Of a stretch of 64,000 nt of DNA, positions 1-8,910 are shown piece after piece. The position numbers were made by a program, and so were the translations under genes. The DNA comes from an uncultured Legionellales bacterium (GTDB taxonomy: Bacteria > Pseudomonadota > Gammaproteobacteria > Eutrophobiales > Eutrophobiaceae). The notes beneath the pieces were generated by a model. The model saw nothing but the letters and a program-made list of their open reading frames with translations, did not search any database and had not been told where the DNA came from. Positions within the stretch are counted from its first letter, which is position 1; each line of letters begins with the position of its first letter. The stretch lies in NCBI GenBank assembly GCA_913045195.1, contig CAJWQR010000001.1, forward strand, positions 27,702-91,701, written 5' to 3'.

Positions 1-220
1 GCCCCTGGAGCATTCCCCGTATAGCATTTTCAAGAAGTTTTTTGTCATTTATACTTTCAACATAGCCATCTTTAATTTTCGAGAATATCTCAGTGAATGT
101 TCGAATTTCATTCAAGGGCAGCATATCAACGTCTTTTTCTTCTTCAGGATTTGCCACAGTGAGATTACTAGTAATAAATACAAGCAATATCGTAAATAGT
201 AATTTTTTGAATATAGACAT
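1..220 (-). CDS. ctpA: C-terminal processing peptidase (S41 family), N-terminal fragment; gene continues beyond window start
   Basis: Reverse-strand ATG at 218-220 gives MSIFKKLLFTILLVFITSNLTVANPEEEKDVDMLPLNEIRTFTEIFSKIKDGYVESINDKKLLENAIRGMLQG. This is a signal peptide plus the conserved N-terminal region of tail-specific/CtpA proteases. It lies downstream of envC as in gpmI-envC-ctpA operons. Confidence 0.55.
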   Translation of the reverse strand, partial: MSIFKKLLFTILLVFITSNLTVANPEEEKDVDMLPLNEIRTFTEIFSKIKDGYVESINDKKLLENAIRGMLQG

Positions 221-350
221 TATTCAACTCCATTAAAATAGTTATTAATGAATTATTTTGACTTTTTATTATTAAGAAACGTTCTATTTAAATTTATTTT
301 TTTATTAAATATATCTGTGTTTAGGTATATAACGACAGGTTATATTAAAT

Positions 351-1523
351 CTATTTCTTACACCAGTGTGACGGATTTAAAGTTTTCTTACCTTTTCTAA
401 TCTCAAAATAAAGAGCCGCATTATTTTGGCCTCCACTATCACCTACAGCAGCAATCTTTTCTCCAGTTTTAACAAAATTACCGGTACTTTTAAATAATTT
501 TTGATTATGCCCGTATAAACTTAGATAACCATTCTCATGCTCAATAATTACTAACAAACCAAAATTACGAAACCAATCTGCAAATACAATTTTCCCTTCG
601 CTAACGGCATTCACATCTGAACCAGCTTTTGCGCCAATTAGAACTCCTTGCCACTTTAGATTAGTCGTTTTTTTTTGCTCACCAAACTTTTTTAACAATT
701 TTCCCTTTATGGGCCAGATTAATTTCCCTTTTTTCGAATCAAAAGTAAATTTCTTATTAACAGTATTTATTTTTTTTGGCTTACGGACGTTCAGCTCATT
801 TAGAAGTTTTTCTAGCTCACGTTCATTTTCTTTAAGGAGTAAAAGCTTAACTCCTTGCTTCTCTATATGTTTTTTTATGTCAAATATAAAATTAAGTCTA
901 TTCTCTCTATAATCATTAAAATTATTTAATTTATATTTATAGTTATTTTTCTGTAGTTCAAGTTTTGATGTTTGCTCAACAATAACCAATTGAATTTTAT
1001 TTATATTTTTTAAGGCATCCTTTAATTTTTTTATACGTTCAGAACGAGCATGATTATCATAATCGTAGTAAGCAATTGCACGCCCTACTTGAGATATATT
1101 TTGTTGATTGAGTAACAGTTTAATATAGTCGTATTGACCTATTTGATAAATAGTCTTAACTTGCGAGATTAATATTTTTTTTTCCTTACTAAGTATTCTT
1201 TGGTGATTTTCTTTTTCAATTTTTAATTTTTTAAGGGCACTATTTTTTTTTGAGATATCATTTTTAATATTTTCAAGTTGATTTGATATTTCAAATGTCA
1301 TTAACTCATTTTTATGCAATTCTATTTTTAATGTATCAACTTTACTTTTGGCTTTTTTTATTTTTGTACTTACATCGTTCATACGAATCTGAATATTTTT
1401 AAGTTTTAATTTTTCTTCATGATTTGATTCATTCGCAGTTGATGTGGAAGAAAAAATTAATAAAAAAAATATAATATAATATTCAGTAATGATAATTCTC
1501 GAAAAAGGAAACATAAAAATCAT
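351..1523 (-). CDS. envC: M23 peptidase-domain murein hydrolase activator (EnvC/NlpD-like) with N-terminal coiled coil
   Basis: C-terminal LytM/M23 motifs (GLLVIIEHENGYLSLYGHN...GDSGG) and a long K/E-rich coiled-coil N-terminus. The ATGA overlap with gpmI matches the E. coli gpmM-envC arrangement. Confidence 0.75.
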   Translation of the reverse strand: MIFMFPFSRIIITEYYIIFFLLIFSSTSTANESNHEEKLKLKNIQIRMNDVSTKIKKAKSKVDTLKIELHKNELMTFEISNQLENIKNDISKKNSALKKLKIEKENHQRILSKEKKILISQVKTIYQIGQYDYIKLLLNQQNISQVGRAIAYYDYDNHARSERIKKLKDALKNINKIQLVIVEQTSKLELQKNNYKYKLNNFNDYRENRLNFIFDIKKHIEKQGVKLLLLKENERELEKLLNELNVRKPKKINTVNKKFTFDSKKGKLIWPIKGKLLKKFGEQKKTTNLKWQGVLIGAKAGSDVNAVSEGKIVFADWFRNFGLLVIIEHENGYLSLYGHNQKLFKSTGNFVKTGEKIAAVGDSGGQNNAALYFEIRKGKKTLNPSHWCKK

Positions 1524-3109
1524 TTTCCAATAACAGTAGCCTTATCATCTTCCATTAGTTTTATAAGTGATTTACCAGTCATTTCTTTAGGTTGAGGAAT
1601 ATTCATTATCTCAAGAAGTGTTGGAGAAACATCTGACAAGGACCCTACGCTTGGAAGACACTTTGCTGGTCTACCAATGTAAATTAAGGGGACTAGATTG
1701 CTTGTATGCGCGGTGTGTGGCTGCGATTTAATTTTTTCTGTTGTGTACGATTTTATTTGTTCTGCATTACCATGATCTGCAGTTATAAGAATTTCACCCC
1801 CCACTTTTTGCGCAGATTCAATAATTTCCCCCAGACATTTATCAATTGTTTCTATTGCTGAGATCGTCGCTTTAAAATTACCTGTGTGACCAACCATATC
1901 AGCATTAGCAAAATTACATATTATGGAATCATATTTACGACTTTTAATCGAATCTATTAAATGATCTGTTATTTTTTCTGCGCTCATCTCAGGCGCGAGA
2001 TCATAAGTGCGTACATGTGGTGATGGAACCAATATGCGATCTTCGCCTTCGAATGCGCTTTCATCTCCACCATTAAAAAAGAAAGTTACGTGCGCATATT
2101 TTTCAGTTTCAGCAATACGTAATTGTTTTAATCCAAAACTAGAAATATATTTTCCGAAAACATTTGGTAAAGAGACAGGAGGGAAAGCAACTGGAAATTC
2201 ATACTCAGCTTTATAAGATGTCAAACTAATAAAGGTCGATAGTTTGGGCATTCTTTCACGTTCAAATGCTTTAAATGTCGATTTAGTAAATGCACGTGCC
2301 AACTGTCTAGCACGATCTGCTCGATAATTCGCAAAAATAATCACATCATCATCTTCGACAATAATTGGAGACTCCCCAGGTTTGGTTATTGCAGTTGGGG
2401 ATATAAACTCATCTGATTCATTTCTAGCGTAAGCCATGTCAATAGCAATGAACGGGTCACTTGATCTATAGTTTGCTTTTCCTTGACTAATCAAGTCATA
2501 AGCAAGTTTCGTTCTGCCCCAGTGTTTATTCCTGTCCATTGCGTAATAACGACCAATCAGAGAAACAATTTGACCTATGTTCAATTCTTTAATTTTTAGC
2601 TGTGCTTTGTGTATTGATTCTACAGCACATTTTGGGGATGTATCTCGGCCATCAAGAAATATATGAAGGTACAATTTTTTAACTTCACATTTATTAGCTA
2701 GTTCCATTAGCGTAAAAATATGATCTTCATGGCTATGCACTCCCCCCGCAGAAAGCAAGCCAAGTAAGTGAACAGCTTTGTTATTCCTTGACGCGCGATT
2801 GAATGCAGTATTCAGAGTTTTATTGTCGTCGAATGTTCCATCCTTTATAGCGCGTGTAATGCGTGTAAATTCCTGGTCAACGACACGCCCCGCGCCAATA
2901 TTCATATGACCCACCTCAGAGTTGCCCATTTGAGAGGCAGGTAACCCAACATCAAGACCTGACGCGTTTATAAGTGTATGAGGGTACTCGTCCCAGATTC
3001 GGTCCCAAACCGGTTTATTTGCAGAATATATCGCATTGTAGTCAGTATTATCGGTATGACCCCAGCCATCAAGAATTATTAAAATAGTAGGTTTATGAAC
3101 TAATTGCAT
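1520..3109 (-). CDS. gpmI: 2,3-bisphosphoglycerate-independent phosphoglycerate mutase
   Basis: Full-length 529 aa. Conserved motifs include ILDGWGH, GNSEVGHMNIGAGR, LLSAGGVHSHEDH, YAHVTFFFNGG and ADHGNAE. Confidence 0.95.
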   Translation of the reverse strand: MQLVHKPTILIILDGWGHTDNTDYNAIYSANKPVWDRIWDEYPHTLINASGLDVGLPASQMGNSEVGHMNIGAGRVVDQEFTRITRAIKDGTFDDNKTLNTAFNRASRNNKAVHLLGLLSAGGVHSHEDHIFTLMELANKCEVKKLYLHIFLDGRDTSPKCAVESIHKAQLKIKELNIGQIVSLIGRYYAMDRNKHWGRTKLAYDLISQGKANYRSSDPFIAIDMAYARNESDEFISPTAITKPGESPIIVEDDDVIIFANYRADRARQLARAFTKSTFKAFERERMPKLSTFISLTSYKAEYEFPVAFPPVSLPNVFGKYISSFGLKQLRIAETEKYAHVTFFFNGGDESAFEGEDRILVPSPHVRTYDLAPEMSAEKITDHLIDSIKSRKYDSIICNFANADMVGHTGNFKATISAIETIDKCLGEIIESAQKVGGEILITADHGNAEQIKSYTTEKIKSQPHTAHTSNLVPLIYIGRPAKCLPSVGSLSDVSPTLLEIMNIPQPKEMTGKSLIKLMEDDKATVIGK

Positions 3110-3394
3110 CGTAAATATTGACTATCATTGATAGAAATGATGAAAAAATTGAATTATTCAAAGTTTTTTGCAATTTTAATCTGCAAATAAATATAAAATT
3201 GAGGTCGTCGGTTAATTTAAGTCAATATCCTGTTAGACTTTAAGTTTCAAAGACTTTATACGAATATTAACATGAAATTATTGAATACAACACGTTAAAT
3301 CAGGCAGCTATTTACCGTATTTCAATGGTTTTTTCATCACTAGATATAACGTATTATTTGTCTCTGTTTAAACTAACAATAAGAGAATAACTAA

Positions 3395-3835
3395 ATGGAA
3401 AAGTTCCCCATATTCGTTCTACATCACCCCTATCTATTTTCATTACTTTTTGTAATTTTGACATTATTAATATGGAATATATTTGGCGGTATTGTTGGCG
3501 GTGTTAAGATATTGACCACAGATGAAGCTACACAACTTATTAATCGTGAAAACGCAGAAGTAGTTGATATTCGCAGTCAAAAAGAATTTGAAAATGGACA
3601 CATTATTAATGCCAAAAATATCAGTTCGCAAGAATTACCTGAGAAATTTAATAAGTTAAGAAAAGATAGTGGTAAAGGAATTATTTTTTATTGTACTAAT
3701 GGAAGTCTTTCATTGAAAGAAGCGCAAAAACTAATGAGACAGGGCGAAGAAATGATCTATTGTTTAAAAGGAGGTGTTACATCATGGCAGAATGCCAATT
3801 TACCTTTAACCAAAGGTCTCAAAAGTAATTCATAA
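3395..3835 (+). CDS. yibN: membrane-anchored single-domain rhodanese (YibN-like sulfurtransferase)
   Basis: N-terminal transmembrane segment then a rhodanese fold with active-site Cys in the FYCTNGSLS loop. It sits upstream of secB-gpsA as in the E. coli yibN-grxC-secB-gpsA operon. Confidence 0.7.
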   Translation: MEKFPIFVLHHPYLFSLLFVILTLLIWNIFGGIVGGVKILTTDEATQLINRENAEVVDIRSQKEFENGHIINAKNISSQELPEKFNKLRKDSGKGIIFYCTNGSLSLKEAQKLMRQGEEMIYCLKGGVTSWQNANLPLTKGLKSNS

Positions 3836-3875
3836 TTTTTTAAATTATATTATATTTTAAATAAGGCAAGTATTT

Positions 3876-4355
3876 ATGGCTAAAAAAAAGGACAAAATTG
3901 AAGAAGAAAAAGACACGCAATTCTCAATTCAAAAGATTTATATAAAAGATATATCTTTTGAGACACCAAATTCACCTGATACATTTAAGATGGAGTGGAA
4001 GCCGGTTGTAGACATGCATATAACGAATGAAGCTACTCCATTAAGTGAGGAACTTTTTGATGTAGTATTATCGGTTACTATAACAGTAAAAATAGACGAT
4101 AAAATAGTATACTTAGTTGAGATCAATCAAGCTGGTATTTTCTTAATAAAAAATATACCAGAGGATGTACTCGGCCGTATGCTAGCAACATCTTGTGCAA
4201 ATATTTTATTTCCATTTGCTCGTGAGGCAATTTCAGATATCGTTACAAGAGGAGGATTTCCTCAGCTGTTAGTTTCTCCAGTAAATTTTGATGCATTGTA
4301 TGAACAACAAAAAAAACAAGCCACAGAGCAGGCAAAGCAAAATACAACTCATTAA
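3876..4355 (+). CDS. secB: protein-export chaperone SecB
   Basis: 159 aa with the typical SecB N-terminus (FSIQKIYIKDISFETPNSP) and an acidic C-terminal tail. Conserved secB-gpsA linkage. Confidence 0.9.
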   Translation: MAKKKDKIEEEKDTQFSIQKIYIKDISFETPNSPDTFKMEWKPVVDMHITNEATPLSEELFDVVLSVTITVKIDDKIVYLVEINQAGIFLIKNIPEDVLGRMLATSCANILFPFAREAISDIVTRGGFPQLLVSPVNFDALYEQQKKQATEQAKQNTTH

Positions 4356-4368
4356 ATAGGAATAAAAA

Positions 4369-5361
4369 ATGACGTCACAACCAGTATTAGTGCAAGGCGC
4401 TGGGTCCTGGGGGACAGCATTAGCTTTAGTTTTAGCACGTAATCATCACCAAGTTTATCTTTGGGATATTAACCTCGAGATGATAAGGGAAATAAAATTA
4501 GTTCGATATAACAGAAAATATTTGCCTGAAATTAAGATACCCAAAAATGTTTTTCCAATTGAAGAGGTTGAAGAAGTTCCAGCCGAAATAAAGAAAATAA
4601 TTAGTGCAGTGCCCTGTCATGCGCTTCGAAGTAGTTTAAATTTTTTAAAGCCATTATCTATAGGTAGTATATGTATAGCTTGTAAGGGATTTGAGCCAGA
4701 CACACAAAAACTAAATCATAAAGTTATTGAGGAAGAAATTAATAATTGCTCCATTGCAGTCCTTTCCGGACCATCTTTTGCTAAAGAAGTAGCATCAGGG
4801 TTGCCAACAGCGATAACTATAGCATCAAAAGATATCAAAATTGCGCAAGATTTTTCAAGCCTTTTCCATTCAGATATTTTTAGAACTTATGTGCATTCTG
4901 ATTATATTGGTGTTCAAATTGCTGGCGCCGTAAAAAACGTGATGGCTATTGCAGCAGGTATTTCAGATGGATTAGGTTTTGGTAGTAATGCCAGATCTGC
5001 ACTGATTACGCGCGGACTAGCAGAAATAATTCGATTAGGTATATCGATAGGGGCTAAACAAGAAACCTTTTTGGGACTAGCAGGTCTTGGTGATTTAATT
5101 TTAACTTGCACGGATAATCAATCTCGCAACCGTCGACTTGGATTACTGTTAGCTGATGGATTGTCTGTTAAGCAAGCCTGCGAAAAAATTAATCAGGAAA
5201 TTGAGGGTTTGAATACTGCAAAAGAAGTTGGGGTGTTGGCAAAAAAAAATAAAATAGAAATGCCAATAACCGAACAAGTCATCAATGTTTTAGAATCTAA
5301 ATGTTCAGCAAAAGATGCAGTGCAAAATCTATTAAATCGAGAACAGAAAATTGAGACTTAA
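4369..5361 (+). CDS. gpsA: NAD(P)H-dependent glycerol-3-phosphate dehydrogenase
   Basis: GAGSWGTALA Rossmann motif, 330 aa, GpsA family. Confidence 0.92.
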   Translation: MTSQPVLVQGAGSWGTALALVLARNHHQVYLWDINLEMIREIKLVRYNRKYLPEIKIPKNVFPIEEVEEVPAEIKKIISAVPCHALRSSLNFLKPLSIGSICIACKGFEPDTQKLNHKVIEEEINNCSIAVLSGPSFAKEVASGLPTAITIASKDIKIAQDFSSLFHSDIFRTYVHSDYIGVQIAGAVKNVMAIAAGISDGLGFGSNARSALITRGLAEIIRLGISIGAKQETFLGLAGLGDLILTCTDNQSRNRRLGLLLADGLSVKQACEKINQEIEGLNTAKEVGVLAKKNKIEMPITEQVINVLESKCSAKDAVQNLLNREQKIET

Positions 5362-5362
5362 T

Positions 5363-5839
5363 TTATCTAATTTTTTTATTATCATACTTGAAATTTATTT
5401 GTCTCCAAGCTTCATAGATAATAATACTAGTCGCATTTGATAGATTTAAACTTCTGTTATTTTTTAGCATAGGAATTTTTAAAATTTTTTCAATTTCAAA
5501 TTTATCCAATATTTTTTTCGGAAGTCCTCTGGTTTCAGGACCAAATATGAAACTATCATTCTTAAAGAAATTGCAATTCGAATAATATTTTTTCCCTTTG
5601 GTTGATATAGCATAAAGGGATTTGAAACCATTTTTATCAATATAGTCTTCAAAATCATTATAATGATAAACAATTGACCAATCTATATAATCCAATCCTG
5701 CACGCCGAAGTTCTTTCGCATTCGTTTCAAAACCAAGCGGGTGTATTAAGTGAAGTTTTGCTCCTGTATTAGCGCAAAGACGTATAATATTTCCAGTATT
5801 TGGTGGAATTTCTGGCTCAAATAGAACAACATTAAACAT
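5363..5839 (-). CDS. trmL: tRNA (cytidine34/uridine34-2'-O)-methyltransferase, SpoU/TrmH family
   Basis: 158 aa SpoU methyltransferase. The N-terminus MFNVVLFEPEIPPNTGNIIRLCANTG is typical of TrmL (YibK). Confidence 0.85.
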   Translation of the reverse strand: MFNVVLFEPEIPPNTGNIIRLCANTGAKLHLIHPLGFETNAKELRRAGLDYIDWSIVYHYNDFEDYIDKNGFKSLYAISTKGKKYYSNCNFFKNDSFIFGPETRGLPKKILDKFEIEKILKIPMLKNNRSLNLSNATSIIIYEAWRQINFKYDNKKIR

Positions 5840-5874
5840 AGGCTAATTTTATATCCCAAAAAATAATATCCAAT

Positions 5875-6834
5875 ATGACAAAAATGTCTCTAAATGTGAA
5901 ACAGAAGAAAAAACTTAATATTGAATTTTGTGGTTTACAATTTAATACCCCGCTAGTTTTATTGTCGGGTTGTGTTGGTTTTGGCGAAGAATATACACGC
6001 ATTAACGGATTTTCTAATACTGATGTTGGCGCAATATGTTTGAAGGGAACTACTCTTGAGCCTCGTTTAGGTAATTCTCCTCATAGAATCGCTGAAACTT
6101 ATTTGGGCATGTTAAACGCAATAGGTTTACAAAACCCTGGCTCAAAAGTAGTTGTTGATGAATATTTACCACATCTTGATTTTGAAGAGACGTGTTTTAT
6201 AGCAAATTTATCAGGTTCAACTATCGAAGAATATGGGGAAATAACACGAATATTCGATGATTCTCCAATAAATGCTATGGAAATTAATATTTCCTGCCCA
6301 AATGTTAAAAAAGGCGGAGTAGAATTCGGGAATGACCCTGCTATGTCCGCAAAAGTTGTTGAAGCTTGTCGAAGAGCGACAAAAAAACCCTTAATAACAA
6401 AATTATCTCCTAACCAAACCGATATTGCAGAAAATGCGAAATGTTGTATAGATTCTGGTACTGATGGTTTTTCCGTTATAAATACGATGACTGGAATGGC
6501 AATTGATATAGAAAAGCGTGAACCCATTATTGGTAATAATCAAGGAGGATTATCAGGGCCTGCAATTAAACCAATTGCTTTATTAAAAGTACATCAGGTT
6601 TATGAGGTGGCAAAACAACACAATATACCAATAATAGGACAAGGGGGGATTACTACAATAGAAGACGCAATCGAATTTATTATCGCTGGATCGACGGCTA
6701 TTGGTATTGGCACAGCATTATTTTATGAGCCATTAGTTTGTTCAAAATTAAACGAGGGAATTATAAAGTATTTAGATAAATATAATATTAGTTGCGTTTC
6801 TGATCTAATCGGAACATTACAATTACATGATTAA
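5875..6834 (+). CDS. pyrD: dihydroorotate dehydrogenase, class 1 (PyrDB-type catalytic subunit); no adjacent PyrK
   Basis: Strong similarity to the class 1B catalytic subunit: GMLNAIGLQNPG, the active-site Cys loop NISCPNVKKGG, GGLSGPAIKP and IIGQGGI. 319 aa with no ferredoxin domain. Confidence 0.8.
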   Translation: MTKMSLNVKQKKKLNIEFCGLQFNTPLVLLSGCVGFGEEYTRINGFSNTDVGAICLKGTTLEPRLGNSPHRIAETYLGMLNAIGLQNPGSKVVVDEYLPHLDFEETCFIANLSGSTIEEYGEITRIFDDSPINAMEINISCPNVKKGGVEFGNDPAMSAKVVEACRRATKKPLITKLSPNQTDIAENAKCCIDSGTDGFSVINTMTGMAIDIEKREPIIGNNQGGLSGPAIKPIALLKVHQVYEVAKQHNIPIIGQGGITTIEDAIEFIIAGSTAIGIGTALFYEPLVCSKLNEGIIKYLDKYNISCVSDLIGTLQLHD

Positions 6835-6853
6835 TTTCTTATAAATTTTCAAG

Positions 6854-7441
6854 TTATATTTTTTGTGAAATAATCATTGCCTGATTCCTAAATCCTCTAC
6901 TTAAGTCTCCAGTCATACCTTCTTCTTTGTAAAAGATTAACTTCCAGTCCTCAAAAAAATCAAGCAACTCATTTTTATTTAATTGATAATTAGGATTCTC
7001 TGGCCCCAACTTTTTAATTCTATCTTGTATAAAAGTTTGATAAAAAATTAATCCATTAGGTTTTATTGCACGGCATATATGTTTTATTAATTTACGATCA
7101 AGAAATTTACTAACAACTATAATATCAAATGTGTCTGGCTCAGGAGGTTGTTGTAGTACGTCTCTAATTTCACAATTAATTATAAAATCATATTCTTTTG
7201 ATCGAAGAGATAACTTTTCCAATGCTATTTTTGATATATCCCAAGCTGAAACATTTAATCCATTCATTGCAAGACATATTGCATTTGACCCGTATCCACA
7301 AGCGAGGTCAAGGGCATTACCCTTTACCGGCAAAAGATGCTGGTTAAAATAAAGAACTTCTGAAGGAGACGGAGGCCTCTTTATGTTAGAGCTGTAATAT
7401 TCATCCCATTTATTTTTAATTTGATTATTCAACGTCGCCAA
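6854..7441 (-). CDS. class I SAM-dependent methyltransferase (TehB-like)
   Basis: SAM-binding motif LDLACGYGSNAICLA and TehB-like architecture. The longest ORF extends to 7516 and overlaps the trkH 3' end by 88 nt. A TTG at 7441 or 7432 gives a TehB-like N-terminus (NNQIKNKWDEYY) with minimal overlap, so the start is uncertain. Confidence 0.6.
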   Translation of the reverse strand: MATLNNQIKNKWDEYYSSNIKRPPSPSEVLYFNQHLLPVKGNALDLACGYGSNAICLAMNGLNVSAWDISKIALEKLSLRSKEYDFIINCEIRDVLQQPPEPDTFDIIVVSKFLDRKLIKHICRAIKPNGLIFYQTFIQDRIKKLGPENPNYQLNKNELLDFFEDWKLIFYKEEGMTGDLSRGFRNQAMIISQKI

Positions 7442-8880
7442 AAAGCTGGAGTAAATAAAACTAATAATGTAAATATTTCGAGTCGACCCAATAACATAGC
7501 AAGACAAAGAATCCATTTAGCGATTTCATTAATTTCATAATAATTTTGACTAACCTCTCCTAAACCTGGCCCAAGATTATTTATGCAAGCGGATAATGCT
7601 GAAAAAGCCGTTAGAAAGTCGATGTCTGTTGCCATTAATACTAATAACAGGATTGCAAATATGATAACGTAAACGGCTAGAAAACCCCATATTGCTTCAA
7701 TAATGCGTTCTGATATTGGCTTATCTCCAATTTTTATAGTAAAGATAGCGTTTGGATGAATAAGGCGTTTTATTTCTCGTACTCCTTGCTTAAAAAGTAA
7801 CAATATTCGAATAACTTTAATGCCTCCACACGTAGAACCTGCACAAGCGCCAATGAAACATGAGAAAATTAATAGCAGCGGCATAAAGCCCGGCCAATTT
7901 TGAAAGTCAGCTGTTGTAAAACCAGTTGTTGTTGCAATGGAAACAGTTTGAAAGATACTATCTCTAAATACGTCGCTTAAGTTTTCATAATTACCTGCAA
8001 TTGCATTATAACTAGAACATACAATACAAATGACTATTAATATTTTCAAGTATGCATGTAGTTCGGCATCATTTAAATATGGTTTTATATTTAAATTTCG
8101 GAATGAAAGAAAATGTAAAGTAAAATTTATCCCAGATACTAGCATAAAAAATATTGCAACTGACTCAATCAAGCTATTATTAAAATAACCAATACTTTGA
8201 TCATGGGTCGAGAATCCGCCAATTGAAACTGTTGAAAAGCTATGCGCAATTGCATCAAAAAAGCTCATTCCTGCTAGGAAATATGAAAATGCGCAGACTA
8301 TAGTTATAGTCAAGTAGACGTACCAAAGAGATTTAGCTGTCTCAGTAATTCTCGGGGTTAGTTTTGTATCTTTAACTGGCCCTGGCGTCTCAGCACGATA
8401 TAGTTGCATGCCACCAATTCCTAGCATTGGCAGGATTGCAACAGCTAATACAATAATACCCATACCCCCTAGCCATTGTAACTCTTGGCGATAAAAAAGA
8501 ATCGATTTTGGTAAATTATCAATTCCTATAATTATTGTAGCTCCAGTTGTTGTGAGCCCAGAAATAGATTCAAATATAGCATCAGTGATAGATAAATCAG
8601 GAACATTTGATAACAACAGGGGTATGCTTCCCGTTAGTCCTAGACCAACCCAAAATAGAACAACAACAAAGAAACCGTCACGTAATCGTAAATCGTTTTT
8701 GAAATTTTTAACTGGTAACCAAAACAGTAATCCGATAAAAAGAATAATTACAAATGCAAGTATAAATGGAGTTGCGGAACCATCTTTAGTAAATAATGAT
8801 ATTACCAATGGCGGTATCATAGTAAGACTAAATAATGAGAGTAAAATGCCTAATATTCGTGAGATAACTGCAAGTTGCAT
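7429..8880 (-). CDS. trkH: Trk-system potassium uptake membrane protein TrkH
   Basis: 483 aa multi-pass membrane protein, TrkH/KtrB family, with repeated pore-loop-like segments. Adjacent to trkA. Confidence 0.9.
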   Translation of the reverse strand: MQLAVISRILGILLSLFSLTMIPPLVISLFTKDGSATPFILAFVIILFIGLLFWLPVKNFKNDLRLRDGFFVVVLFWVGLGLTGSIPLLLSNVPDLSITDAIFESISGLTTTGATIIIGIDNLPKSILFYRQELQWLGGMGIIVLAVAILPMLGIGGMQLYRAETPGPVKDTKLTPRITETAKSLWYVYLTITIVCAFSYFLAGMSFFDAIAHSFSTVSIGGFSTHDQSIGYFNNSLIESVAIFFMLVSGINFTLHFLSFRNLNIKPYLNDAELHAYLKILIVICIVCSSYNAIAGNYENLSDVFRDSIFQTVSIATTTGFTTADFQNWPGFMPLLLIFSCFIGACAGSTCGGIKVIRILLLFKQGVREIKRLIHPNAIFTIKIGDKPISERIIEAIWGFLAVYVIIFAILLLVLMATDIDFLTAFSALSACINNLGPGLGEVSQNYYEINEIAKWILCLAMLLGRLEIFTLLVLFTPAFWRR

Positions 8881-8910
8881 AGTTATTTTTCTCTTTTAAT
8901 TATAAATTAT

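Noticed and set aside
3123-3143. Fur-box assignment for TATCATTGATAGAAATGAT.
   Set aside because: Only partial hexamer similarity. Kept as a generic palindrome finding rather than calling it a Fur box.
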